From: Basidiobolus meristosporus CBS 931.73
Lineage: Eukaryota; Fungi; Basidiobolomycota
Direction: 5' to 3'
Length of the DNA: 64,000 nt
NCBI GenBank assembly: GCA_002104905.1
Contig: MCFE01000041.1
Location: 138,279-202,278, forward strand
Below the pieces are notes generated by a model. The model made no database searches. It was not told the origin of the DNA and saw only the letters and a program-made list of their open reading frames with translations. Shown one piece after another: positions 11,134 to 25,000 of this stretch (position 1 is the stretch's first letter; each line of letters starts with the position of its first letter). The translations under genes and the position numbers were made by a program.

Positions 11134-13543
11134 ATGGATTCTTTAAGGAAGATTCGTGGATTATTTACTGGCAATACAAGGGATCGTCGTCGCAACGACA
11201 CTCCTTATACGAGACCTGATGCTCAAGTATGATTCTATGCTCCTTATAGATCTGATTGCTGTAATAACAATTCCCTCGAAACCTTGAAACAGCCAGCCTC
11301 TAGTAGCACCACGTTTCTCTCTTACTTGGTTCCTAGAGTCTTTTTTCACGATGAGCCCACTACTTCCCGCGAAGATACGCTACCTCAGCACATTCGTAGA
11401 GAACGCGAACGTGTTTACAAGAACCTCGAGGACGATCAACCATCTCGTCGTGCTAGGCGTCAGAGAGAGAGGGGCACTCGTACTGTGGTTGATCTTCATA
11501 AAAATGTAGACGATAGCAGCGATTTATTGGAGCAAGTAGCAGCTGTCGCGCCTGCCCCTGTCTTGAGCTCTAACATATTTTCACAAACCTCTAAACCGTC
11601 GGTCGTTGAAAGGAGAAAGGTTTCCCCAGAATCCACAAAGGTCGAAGAGCACGAAATATTTCAAACTCCACGTGTGTTCGAGATGAAAACAACCAGCTCA
11701 AAATATCACAGTTTTAAGGGTGCTCTATCCCCTACAGAAACAGTTTCGAAATTTCTTCATGCTAAGGGCAACGCTCATATGGAGGCAGAAGAGCTTGAAG
11801 GATGTGTCGCTTTATTAAAGAACGAGCTACAAGAAGAGCAAAATGTACTTGGTAAGCAATAGGATATCGTATCCACTCACTGGCACATAAGTATTAAGTG
11901 GGTTTTTATTAGATAACACCTCACATGTAGAAACAATCAGATCGGCTGTGAAACGCCCATTCCTTCCGTCCACTCAAAAGATAACTACCACAGTCCCTAG
12001 AACTGCCTTGTTTTCCAGCAGGAAAAAGAAAGCACCACTTTATTTCGGCCCAGGATTTGGTAGACATAGTGCCCCTTATAGAAAGCTGATCAAACCTCCA
12101 GTATACAACAGCCCGTCCTCAACTAAGCGCGCTAGAGTTGATTTGTATGGCTCTCAAAAAGAAGTTGGCAATTTGCAGACTTCCATCAGAGAGAAGACGT
12201 CAGCAAGTTCTTCACGCAACTCAACCTTGATTCGGTCCTCCATCCAGGCTCAAACTCCTGGTAAGCATGTAGACTTCGAAGGTATCTTCTCCAACTGACC
12301 ACATCTACATCGTTGTACATGCCTAACGAGTACACCAACTGACGATCAGATGCCAAAACTCAAAAAGGCAGTGCTACTGCTCGTAGAATCATGGATATTA
12401 TCGGTGAAATGGATCCACAGCCTGTTGCAGTACGTACAAAGCATTTTAGTGAAACAGTTCTACAATGTGTCATAACAAAATCCATGCTTAGCCTGTGGCC
12501 CAAGATATTCTTAATCCTTATGAGTTGGCCAGTCCTATATCTCACCGAAGAGTTGATCCTAAGCCCAAGGTAGGCCCATTACTTCTAACCGATAAAAGCT
12601 CCGAGTCGCTTACATTACATCTTGTAGCCTGAAATTGTTGCAAAAGCCATTACAACTTCGGACGCAACTGTGCACAAGAAGCTAACGCCCATGGAGCTTT
12701 TGGAGAAATCCATGCCAAAGGTAACCTAACTCAACTCTCGAAGCAAGAGTCATTTTAACTTTTGTCGATTAATTAGGAATTAAGAGACGAAGCTCCTCCT
12801 GTTGCATCCATCAGGTAATGTACATTGACGCCACATGGGCTATGAGGACAAAAGCTCATCTGGATACTATTGGTAGCTCCTTTGTTGCGCCCCCTCTTAC
12901 CAAAGAGGCTCCTTCAGCCATCGAGACTATCCCATCACCGTCGGCCAATGGTACTCAGTCCGAGCCTGAAGTCGCTGTCAAGAATCTTGAAGATGCGTTC
13001 CGGTCAGTAGAGCCACCAAAGGAGAATCCATTAAACATTCCCGAACAGAAGATTAATCAAGTGGTAAAAATTCGATTTTAATCATTGTCATTAGAATACA
13101 GAAAATAATCAATCCATTGGAAATTGAACCAGGGTCCTCAAAGTAGCCTTCCAATCGCTCCGCTCGAGCCTACCTTCGCATTTAGTCTGGCACTTGCTTT
13201 TGATCAATCGAATCGTGATATGCAGGTGGTGGCAAAGCTATCCGAGTCAGAACTTCCCACCTACCAATTCGGAACTGAGAGTGACAAAGTCAACACCAGA
13301 TTGGATCTCTCCAATGCTACTGATCTGTTGGATTCTGGCATTTCTAGCATCCAGGCTCCTACTTTCTTGAAGGGATCCACATGTACTTTTCCCACCTCCG
13401 TAGCGAAAAGCACCCAGGAACCACCGGAGATGAAGTTTGAGTTCACTTTGGAGCCTGCCTATGATCAGCAAGACGTGACCCTTCGCGAGGTTGCGGACTG
13501 CTTAGTTGTTGATTTGCCCAATTATGATTTCCAAATGTTATGA
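11134..13543 (+). CDS. Probable nuclear-basket nucleoporin (Nup60/Nup1/Nup153-like), multi-exon
   Basis: N-terminal RRRNDTPYTRP and FLSYLVPRVFF, then the helical SPTETVSKFLHAKGNAHMEAEELEGCVALL, LYFGPGFG and SATARRIMDII motifs, which resemble conserved blocks of basket Nups. The rest is low-complexity S/T/P-rich sequence. GT-AG introns join the + strand ORFs at 11284, 11948, 12391, 12818 and 13124. Confidence 0.5.
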
Positions 13544-14784
13544 TTTGTACTGAATAGAGTATATGAATATATACACATAATATCCCAATGAGTGGCGAAC
13601 GTTTTTTATTATCACTTGTTGCTAAGCCGATTTACTTCTGACTGCCATAGTACATTCTCGAGAGATCAGATTAAGCGTCGCTTATCCACCAATACTCTAA
13701 CTCCGCCAACGGTCACTGTTCTACCTCGGCTAGCAATAGAAACATCCCCAGACTCCGAAGAAATCACTGCGATACGATTGCGTCGATTGATACACTCAGA
13801 TACGGAGGGGTATAGGATCGCTTGTGCAAAGCGACCCGCACCTGCCGGGGTGATGCTGGCCTTGTTCACCGGCCCAAACACCACCCTTTGGCAAGAACCT
13901 TCGGAGAATCGTAATTGCTGGGCCGTATCCGTGAATGTATTCTCGAGCTCTGTAAGAATAGAATTTATATCAGTGGTGTTGCATCATTGGGTAGATATAG
14001 TATTGAAAATCACTTAAAAACGCGCTTTTCCCTTCGGCTCCGATGGAACATAAAAGAAACGAGAGCGTTGTAATAGCGACTACGAAAAAAACCCTACTCA
14101 TTGGAGTATTGGCGTTGATATTCTTGCACATTCATGGTATTGCTTCTGAATTTATAATAGAAGGCCAAGCATGGCCAGGTCAGTTAGGAGTGTATTATAC
14201 TACTTATATGAGTGATGTATGTTTAAGGATCTATCTTAGTATACTTTCTTACAAGTCATACATGCAGCTCTGGCATTACCTCGGAAGTCTAAAATCGCTG
14301 TACTTTCCAGGAGGAATTTCATCGGCCCAACCCGATTTAGGGATTGGATCAGTTGGGTTGTGACCAACTTTGAACCAATTCCAACCACTTATCTGATTGA
14401 TTACGAAAAAAGAAAAGCACCATATTTGCCTTTTTCATTTTTCCCACGTCGAGCCTAACGCAATCAACCATTGCTGTTTGCAGCTTGTCCACCCTCCGTT
14501 CCGTCACTCAGATGGATGCCAATCATGTCTTCATACTATTGCCCCATGGATGGCCAGGAAAGACCTGCAATAACCTTTGTGACACTAATACTCGCAATCA
14601 CACTCTGTCACACTCAGATGTTGACAATAAAGGCGGCAATCCTATAGAATCGGAATGAAAAGTCACCATTATAGTTTCTGTTTAACCGAGCGAGATTTCA
14701 TCCTATAAATGACAAGCTTCCTGACTCATACACAGGTTGTGTTACACCCTTTTTCCAGCCAATCGCTCTAGACCAGTAGAATAC

Positions 14785-14792
14785 TATAAATA
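14785..14792 (+). promoter_or_regulatory. Candidate TATA box upstream of the small secreted protein gene
   Basis: TATAAATA ends 35 nt before the ATG at 14828. Confidence 0.35.
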
Positions 14793-14827
14793 CGTTACAG
14801 TTGCTGGATGCACTGCACTCACTAGCA

Positions 14828-15085
14828 ATGTACATAAAGGCGAAAATCATATCTACTCTCTGTCTCGTTTCCTACTTGACGTTGGTCTTTGGAAGACCGA
14901 TCCCTACAGAAGGCACAGGATCTGCCTTGAAGCAACACTCCAATAATTGGAAGAAGCAGCTCGATACCGCTGTTGACTACAAGCCTGGTGATGAATACGC
15001 CGAGAACGAATTCGAGGACTATGTTGATGACTACATGTTCCTTTTGCCTGATGGATCCCAACCTTCGCATCCAGATGAGCAGTAG
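14828..15085 (+). CDS. Small (85 aa) acidic secreted protein
   Basis: MYIKAKIISTLCLVSYLTLVFG|RP looks like a signal peptide (basic start, hydrophobic core, small residue at -1). The mature part is D/E-rich with no Cys. Intronless, with an upstream TATA. Confidence 0.5.
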   Translation: MYIKAKIISTLCLVSYLTLVFGRPIPTEGTGSALKQHSNNWKKQLDTAVDYKPGDEYAENEFEDYVDDYMFLLPDGSQPSHPDEQ

Positions 15086-18000
15086 TCTTTCTTGTATGTC
15101 ATGGAACGCTGGCCCTTCTGTGAGCTGTAAAAATTGCCAGGTTGATTCAAAGTTCTGAGTAACAATGATTCCCCAACCATCCAAATACAGTACTGACCCA
15201 GATAAAATTTTTTGTACATTGGGTCTCGATTATTTGTGACCATGAGAATGTAAACAATCCTCAATATTTACTCATTCAAATATATTATAAAATCCACTTG
15301 CTTTGTTAGCACCCTGCTACGTAAGGGTTTAACCGTTTCTTATTTCAAGCAGATTATCTACCTAATCTTCTTTATAGCAACGGTGTCAGATTGGTGGCTT
15401 AGCACGAGTCTCGTCAATTTCTTGGCATACTACTGAACAACTGGTTGGCATCTGACTGGTCAAGATTAATTGTTTCCTCAGGTGCGCTTCTCCGATGGAT
15501 CCCGAGTCTGGAGAACCTGGTGTTATTACTGGGATCTGATATTAAAAATCAATACAGGTTTTTGAGTATCATGGTAACAAGCGATTCAGCCATCTCATAC
15601 TTCTGTTGATCCATACACAATATCCCATCCATCAAGACATTGAGCGCGCCCAGCAAAAGGTTTCAATTTGTGCCAAAATCATGGACTGGGGCGTTGGTCG
15701 AGATACGTTTTTTACAGTGGATTAATAAAGCTAAAGGCCTTTCTAGGCCTAAAACAACCAAGAACTCTTAGGTCATGTCCAACCTACGCTTGATTAGTGA
15801 GCTCATATCGCCAAGGGGTTTAGGTAGAAACTATTACTCTGGAACTGGATTGAGCAAACCATTAATCAAACCCATTCAGCACAGGTAGGGTTGTCCTGGT
15901 TTATTCGTTAGCCCGTACCTCTCGTATTTTGAACAGATGCAGTTAATCGCTTTTTGATACAACAAATCGCACTTCGAGTGTTTGCCTTCTATTTCATTTG
16001 ACCCTTTCGTTTATCAAGTCGCTTGCTTTACTTTTACCTTCCTGGTCGAAGTATGGCTTTTCGGCATGCAGACTTGCCCATAAGGTATCGCTTCCAGCGT
16101 GTAATCTTCAGCGTGGTGTAGTTGAGTGGCTGTAGTTCGTAAGAAACTTCGCCATGCCATCGGCCCCGGGTACCAGGGTAAGGAAGATAGCTACTGTCTA
16201 CACCATCAGTATCATCTTGGTATATCATGTGAACTTCCGAAAGACCCTCCGGATGGGGTGTGGTGTGATGAATGTGAAGTGGGCCGTAATAACGGCCTAA
16301 ACTAAGCTGTTGCCGTACGTATAAACCTTGAACGCGGAAGAGAACGACGCCTCGTTCGGCAACCAATAGAGCAAGTTAATCTTTCTCCTGTCCTGTTTAT
16401 TGGGATGGCTAAATCCCATGCAACTCAGTGCCAATGTGCGTAGTCAATTAAACCCTAAGGGTTTTATCGAGGTGTGTCCTCTTATCGGCACGATCCTCTA
16501 CTGGAACCTCCTTGAGAGGAAGGTAATCAACATCTGGAAATGTGAGAGCCAAAGCATTGAGCTCCGGGTCATTCTTTTCTAATACTTTGGCAGAAAGATG
16601 GTGAGATTCCTGAATGGTAGACCCGCTGGTTACTGTGATGTTTGAAATATTTTTGTGATAAAGTGATGGTTCATGCTGCCCGAGTCTTATTATCAGTACT
16701 AGGAAGAGCGTCTTGAGCACGCAACTACAAATCAAAATTCCAACCACATTCTAAGACTTCATGATCACGTTATTAAACCTGGTGCCAATATTGACTGGGT
16801 ACATTGATAATGTCGTGCTCAACCTCCTTTATCACATCAACCTGAGCCATAGTCTTTTTCTACTATTGGGTCTATATTTATGTATGATGAGTAGAAACAC
16901 AATTATATGTTTTTGGTGATAAGTGAGCAATACACTCTTGCCAAATATGTGAGAGGTGTAATAAAGCCGAAATGAAGCCAGCATATTATGTTCAGTGGAC
17001 GATCTAATTTCTCAAGTCGTCCCGAATTCGGAGTCCCGGACTGTAATGTGATCTAAGGGTTTTACACCCGGTTGGTATTCACTAACGGTACACACGGAAC
17101 CCAATACGTCGGGGGATAAGAAGCATCATCTGATTCTGACCATTCATAGTGTGGAGCTGGACCTGATTGGGTTATGGAAGCGTTTTCGCATGTGCCTATC
17201 AACTTGGGGGTCTTTTGATCAGATATTCTAGCTAGACAAACCGTACCCTGCAAGGTTCGTCAGCTACTAGTTGTATCTGGTTTCCAAAAATCCAATAGAA
17301 TGCAGTTGGCATTGTCAACGTGTATCATCACCATATGATGGAATAGAAATTTGAATGCGTGATGATACTTCGATATAGTCGAAAGTTTTGTAATGTTCAT
17401 AACTTGCAGGTTAGCTTCTAATGTAGAGCCTATATTCTTTGTTAGAATTAAACCGATCTTCTCTAGTTACTTCAATATGATTTTTTCGAGTTTGTCGCTA
17501 ACATTTCTATCAAAATGCAAATACCATTTATCACAATCGAGGTAAGCGGGCGGCAATATTCTTGAATCCGGAGCATACTTTCAACACTGGTTGTGTTAGT
17601 TACCCAACAAGGTCCTCCTTCTTATCAGATTCTGCACTATTCAACTATTCCTAGTTAAATGCAATAAGCCGGCCCAATATTAATAGGTTTGGGATATCAG
17701 GCTCGGTGTATTTTGTTTGGGAAGTACTATGAAGAAAGGCGCTTCCAAAAAGTACGGAAGTTCTGTGGGATGCGTTCCTAATAATTCATAACCAGTACCA
17801 TCAATCTTTGCCGCAAGGCCAATTCCAACGGGTGCAAACTCCACAACTACAATGATATGACCGATGCCCAAATCGGCTAGAATCAAACCAGGGTTGACCC
17901 CTCCTGAAACCTGGGGCCTGATACACATACACTTGTAGTGGACGTGACAGTAAGAATGATACCCCCAGCTTGGTGTTTGACACATTCTGGGCCAACGAAC

Positions 18001-19002
18001 CGATTTTGATGGGTATTGTGTTCAGTATAGAATATTACAGAAAATCCATCACTGAAAAATCAAATCAATCATTTGTAATCCTAGAATTCGTTACTAGAGC
18101 TTCAAATAACAAGCTGGCATCAATACCACAGTATTGTTCAACAGATTCTGAGAATACTTGAGCCCATTGAGTTACCTGCTCCTTATGACTGTAAACAAAG
18201 TAGAGCTATTACTATATAAAATTGATCGTTCTTTGGACACCATTTTTGTATACATATCATTGAGTGAAGCATAAAGTTTTGCCAGTTGCCCATTTATTAC
18301 CCTTTATAAGTTACAAGGATTTGTAGGTTCCCAATTCTATGCATGTGTCCATCTCCACCGGAATAAATACAACTACAGATTGTATGTATAGCACAATACT
18401 GATTATCCTTCACAAGCCGGGAGGATTTACCTAGCCTACCTTAGATTTGGTCATACCCTGCGCACGACTTCCCGGCAAATCAGTCGGAGCTTTCCTGATA
18501 TAGTTCGCCACACATATACCATAATTGAATAAATGGGAATATTTTGTTGGATTCCTTTGTAGTTTGCAGTAGTGTCCTACTTATCTCCCAAACCTATATT
18601 ATCTGCATCAAAATATTCGTCCAGAGGCTGATAGAGGTCTCTTAAATTTCCTATGTGGCATAACCAGAACTCATTAACGGCTATGGTTGGGATTCCAGAG
18701 CTTTTATTGAGAATTCTATGGTGTTCTCTGACAGAGCTGACTAAAAATTGCCAGATCAAATCACAACCTTCATGAACAAAATCATGTCTATTAAGGATGG
18801 TATAGAGCAATAGGTTTAGTATTCGAGGTACTTTTCAGTAACTTTGGTTCAATTGTAGATACTAGGCATCCAGATCTTCGGAGCTTCACAACAGCTGTTT
18901 GGATACACATCTTGCGAACAAGCATCTTTCCAACAATGATAGGTTTATTATTAAAATCGTTATTGAGACAATAGAGGTAGTGCTTATTATACATTCCACA
19001 TT

Positions 19003-22000
19003 TTAAACAGCCGTCGCAACGGCAACAGAAAACTGGCCACTATGGCTAATCGTAACCTTGATATCCTCTACACCGATGGCTTCGGCTGTTTCCCCTATAA
19101 GCCCGTGGAGGATGACCTTTGGTGTATTGCTATCCGATGCTGTAATCTCAATATCTTGAAGTGGAGCACCGGCGCCTTGGTTTAGCTTTTTGAGTATTTC
19201 CTTATTGTTCTCAATGGCAAATGAAGAGATTGCCTTGAAGACGGCTTCTTTTGCTGACCATCTGCCGGCAAAGCTTGATTGCGGATCAGGCCGCGATTCA
19301 CAGTAGGCCTGTTCAAATTCGGTGAAGTTACGTCTGAAAAACGTTTCAGAGGCCATTGGAATCGCGGATATGAGTTCAATATCCACTCCAACTCCCGAGC
19401 CAGTCTTTCTCATTGATGTAGCCATGCTTTCCATCATGGTTTGCATTTCGTATGCAGCATCTTCTCTCTCAAAATGCTTTCCGCCGAGCTCTTTGTCGAA
19501 TGTCCAGGTATTCTTGGTTGGGTTGAATGAAGCCCTTGCCTTTGGATTCAAATAGACTTTGCTCTCCTGCTCCTCTGTATATGGGGGACTATTCTTGACC
19601 TTCACAAAGGAATCTCCGGTGAACGTCTCATGGAAGTATCTGTAAACCTTATTCTGGCGTTGGTCCATGAGTGCCTTGTATTCCTCAAAAGTCTTCTCCT
19701 CAATTGCACCAAAAACGTAGTCTGGATGAATAACTAAAATTTCACCTCCAACTTGTCCAAATCCGAAGGATTTCAAAAGTCCGGCTTTGATACCGCGTGT
19801 ATGAACACTCTTGTTGGGGAAATAAAGGTGCGTAAATTGTCGAAGGTATGGGTCAATGTTGTCTGCATTCCTATAATCTGATGTAAGGCACAACTCTAGA
19901 TGTAACGCCGTGGAAAATACCTACCTGTTTCCTGGAACGATGCCGGTTTCAATGTATTGGAGAACGCCATTAAGCATCCACGCAGCAGCAGCGCCCTTTC
20001 CGTGGCCGGTCAAATACTTTTGACAAACAACTGGACATGCGTTTCCATGGGAACGTCCGAGATGGTTGAATTGTTTGTTAAACACATCGCACTCATTTTT
20101 ATCATTGGCCTTGGTTCCAGTTCCATGAAGCGAGGCAACCTAAATTGACGTGTTGGTAAATAATGAATACTTAATGGAGCTATGTTATAGATAATTACCC
20201 CAATATCATCAATGGTAAGACCAAACACAGCAAGGGCACCACGCAGCGGCGAGATAGAATTGTCGTTCTTGTAGAAATCGTTACCCCAAGTGCTGAGCAT
20301 CTCCTTCTCCTGCTTCTTGGCCTCAGAGTTGATGAAGTCGCTTCGCTCCTTTAAGAATACTTCGGCTTCTTGAAGATTGGCTTCCTTGATTGCTACGTAC
20401 TCAATCTTCATATTCTCAAGCTCATTCTCCACCCAAGCCTTGATTTGCGAGCGACGGAACTCAATCTGTCTTGCACGGTAGCGGAAATTCAACTTCGGGG
20501 ATGCAACTCCAGTTTCCCTAGCGGAGGTTAAGATTCCTTGTCCAGGCGCTGGAACAGAGCGGCCTTCCTTGTCAGTAGCAGTGGCACTATGCGCAATAAC
20601 ACCGTAGATTGGTACACCCATTTCAAGAGCAAGCTGTATATAGTAATTTAGTCATCTTGAGCCTGACAAATAAATCTTCTCTATGTACCTTAGCCGACAT
20701 CAAAATTTGATGACCAGTTCCCATGGACTCCATGAATCCTCCACGACTAGAGGTCGTTGGGCGTGACATTTCATTTGGCTCACGCCCTTGTGCCAGCTCC
20801 TCAACAGCGTTGCTAGTGGCCTTCATGTTTGCAAATTCAAATGATCCTTCTTCTTGGAAATCATCGTATCCACCAACAACAACAATCTTTGCCTTTCCGT
20901 TGAGGATAGTGTCAATTCCAACGTCTACTGATTCGACAGCTGTTGCACAGGCACCAACTGGTGTTTTCACTGGCCCAGAAGAGCTTAAAAGTAACAAATT
21001 TACCCAAGCAGGCTGAATTAACGCAGTTAGTTACTGAATGGAGGCTATTATTCGTTAAGCTTATTACCATGGTGTTCACGAAGCTTTCTTGCATGATATC
21101 CATCTGCACTGGTTTCTCCATGAATCTCTCCTTGTAGATTGCTCTATTGGCTAACATGGCCCCGACACCTCCTCCTGAGGTGTTTCCAACCTCAGATACG
21201 TGAACGTATTTATAAAATTCGTATGGATCGGTGATGCCGGATCTTACTAGGGCTTCCACAGTAGATACCAAGCAGTAAAGAGTGATTGGATCGACTTGCT
21301 GAACAATGTCCTTCGGAATGCCTGTGATCGAGTTAATATTTAGCTGGAAGAGATGGTGATTTCTACAACTTACCATAACGTTCAGCACTCCATCCAGTTG
21401 GAATTTGGCCGGCAACCAGACGAGAGAACTTGAGGGCCTTTGGCACATAAATTGTGGCCCCCTTTTTGAGGAAGACAGTCCATTGACCACTCTTCTTGTC
21501 CTCGACGATGTCGGCGTTTTTACCGTGTTGAGACTTGAACTTAGCGGCTTCCTCTGCGCTTGCCTCGAACGGTGGGAGGTCGTTATCGACAAGAACTTCC
21601 TGAAGCATGGTTTTCTTCTCTGGATTGTAGCCATTGAAAAGCTCAGGTTCTGTAAAAGAATCTAGTTAGCTCCATGTTGCTGGTTACAAGTATTTTCCGA
21701 AACGTACCAATAAGTCTGATTCCGGTGTGCTCAAGAATTCTCTTCTCATACTTTTCCTTGATTTCGATATCACGGAGAGGCTGATCGTTCTCGCAATCGA
21801 GCCATCCAGAATACAATAAACCGTCCTTTGTCTGTTTGTATCTCACATATTTGATTAATCCCATGATCCAGGCCATTTCAATACATCCTTCCAAGGAGAA
21901 TCGGCCCTCGGATTCCATTTCCCATCTTGTTCGGACGCCACCGTACACACCGACTTCACCGTACCCAGTGACTACAATTACTCTTTCGAGATCAAGATTA

Positions 22001-25000
22001 CCCTTGAGATATGCCAGGTCCTTGTAGCCACTGTAAGGTTTAAGCTCGGGGAAGTCGAACTTCATATTAGTACGTGGGTGCACCTCGTGCGCTGATTTCT
22101 TCTCAATGCCAAAAACTGCGTTGGCCTCCTCTTGGTTCTCCTTGGCAATGACGCTCCTGTTCTCGGCCTCACTAGTTAGCTCCTCTCGTATTTGCTTAAG
22201 GGCGACATTGAGGTTTTCTGCGAATTGCATGCCTCCGTTAAGATCGGCGAATAACGGAGCCTTTTGAGCGAGGGCGATCATCTTTTTGGACATTAATCCG
22301 ATGAGGTTGAAGGCCATCTCACCGGTGCTGAACGTCCTCATCCCGAAGCGTTGTTCGATTCTCTCGGAAATGATATTGTTTTCATTCATGAGTCCGGTTC
22401 CTCTTGTCCATCTAATAGGATTGTTAGTGACATACTTTCCTGGATAATGACATCTTGAGACTTACCCGATGGATGCCCCAACAATGGTGAGGTATCCAGC
22501 CCAGCCCTCAGAGCTCCACTTATTCATCATGGCCTCCAAACCAATCTTGGACTCACCGTACAAACCATCGTTACCGAAAATGCCGTGATTGAGACTCATC
22601 GGCAGAATAACATGTGCAGGATGGGTGAAGCAATTGTTTTCTATCTTCTTACTCTTCACGGCACCCAGGATTCTGATCAGGTTTGTAAGCATGATACGGT
22701 GGGCTAGCTCAGATTTGGAGTCGATCTCACTGATGGTTCTGCCATTCTCGGAAATCGCTGCAAATGGAATGATGTAGTCGAGATCCCATCCAAGGCCGGT
22801 TCCTCGCTCATCTCTAGTGTAGATGTAATCCACAAGAGCGTTTATATCACGAAGAGAGCCTTGGTTGAATGGTACAATGACTAGGGAACTCTCCTTAGAT
22901 CCGTATTTCTCGTAGATCATACGGTACCGAGCCATGGCAGCCTTGCTATATCCCGATGTGGTTGCAACAACGTTACCACCACCCATCAGGATTGCTTGCA
23001 GAATTGTTTCTCCAATAGAGTTTGCTCCACAACCTGTAAGAAGCGTATATGTATTGGCAAACGAGATACCAGATTTAGCAACGGTCCTGAGTTCTTCTAA
23101 GTATTCTCGAGTCAGCGCAGAGTCCATTTCATGAACGCCTGAGGTCGTCGAAGGACGCACAAAGAGATATGGGTAATCTCTTCCATGGCGATCAGCTCCA
23201 ACCCTGATGGACTCAACATATTCTAAGGCGTTGCTGACACCATCTCGTGGCACTTCCCTGTACCTAAGTTCGCCATCATCCGTAATTTCGGTTTTGGGGG
23301 CAGTGAAATCGTTGACTGGAAGTAATTTAGCAAGTGATAGGATATCCCATAAATTGCTCTACTAACCAAATTGGTATGCGGGCTCCTTGGATTCCTTGAA
23401 GCTCTTTAAGAGGATCTCGCCGAATGCCTTGAGCGACATGTTCACGGTGTTCGATTCCTGAGAGAATATGCTTTCTACACAGTACTGGATTTGTTGGGCT
23501 AGATTAGCCGAGTAGCGATTCTTCAAAGATAGGAACAATTCCGATTTGAGCAGTTCTTCAAGAGGTCTTGTATCACTGCCTTTTTGTTGGGCATAGACCA
23601 GGTTCCACCAGTCTTGGCAAGCCCAATTCCAGTAGGAATCAAAGTAGCGAGCTTTAGCCGGGGTGAACTTTGGCTTAATACCTAAAGCAATGTTAGAATT
23701 CATTTATCAGTAGGTCGTGCTCTGTCTGTTACCTTGACCAAATACATCTCCCATTTCCTCATTCCATGAGTCAAGCTCATTCTGAATCCTGGCCATTTCA
23801 TTCGCATTTTCGATCAAGGTAAGCTCTTTCTCTCGAGGATCGATACCAAGATATTTGGTATATGTATCGAGCTGGTCCCTGAGCATAGAGTCCTGTTTCA
23901 TCTTTAGAGCGACTAGTTCCGCACTACTGATGACACTAGTGGCCCCATTGTTACCACCCCTTGCGCTGCCTCCGGAGTTCTTTGTGATTTTCATCCCCTT
24001 CAAACTACTGTAGTAGTCCACAACAGAGTCTAGCCATTTTGTAGCATCAGCATCGCTTCCAAGTCTTGAGACAGGTTCTATGGTAGTTCCGAAAAGCAAC
24101 ACGGCACTGGTACGCATTGGTCCAAGACCAAAGCTCACTTTCAAGTAGTCCTTAACTTTACCCAGAGAGAATCCAGCCGGCATCTTTGAGGACAGCATTT
24201 TGTTGACTAAGGCTGAGGTGTACTTCCCGAGGTTTCCGGAGTGGCCGGTTGAAATTTGTTGACCGAGTTCCTCTAATGGGATTTCTTCGGCCTTCAAAGG
24301 AATGACATTTCCGCCGAATTCTGCGTGAAGATCCCCTTGGATTTCATTTTGAAGCGTTGATTTTCCGCCTGAGATATCTTTAATGGTCTTGCTCGTGGGG
24401 ACATCAGTCATAGTCTTCTTGATCTTTTGGGAAACGATCGCCCTCAAAATATCGGATGCTTCCACGGGTTTATCTTCGATCTCGATTGCTGGACCTTGGG
24501 AAACTGCTTCGACAGCGATCGGAATTGTCTGGACCGGTTCAGCTGGGGCAGCAACAGCTACTTCGGGGACCGGTTCCTCTACAGCTATCTCATCATGGAA
24601 CTGATAGTAGATCTCGGTCTTGTGCTTCATGTAGTTTAGGACCTGGCGTTTACGGCCATTGGAAAGATCCGGGCCTGCATATTTCATGGCTATAGTTCTC
24701 TCTGCCATTCCCGATAAAGTCGGGGATGGGCCAATCTCGATTATACGCTCAATATTGAGTTGGTCAAAGAGCACATCTTGAGTCTCAATCCATCTGACAG
24801 AGGAGGCGATTTGGTAACCTAGTAACTCCATGACAAGAGTGACACCCAACTCTTCTCTATGCTCTGCCAAAGCGTAGTACTCGTCCCATTTGTCAAGGAT
24901 ATTCTTCAGGAGATCACTACCAGTTTTCTTATGAACGCGTTCGACAAAGCCTTGCTCAAGTGTAAAGACCTCGCCCATCAGGTTGGGAATGTAGTTGCCA

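Noticed and set aside
13592-14400. 141-aa + ORF and possible minus-strand exons with splice-like signals
   Set aside because: No consistent spliced frame and no recognisable family on either strand.
16034-17990. Short ORFs including FPDVDYLPL (GT7-like DxD) and faint LINE-RT-like words (GFQK, FDIVESF)
   Set aside because: Isolated motifs on opposite strands with no supporting neighbouring motifs; may be decayed DNA but cannot be assigned.
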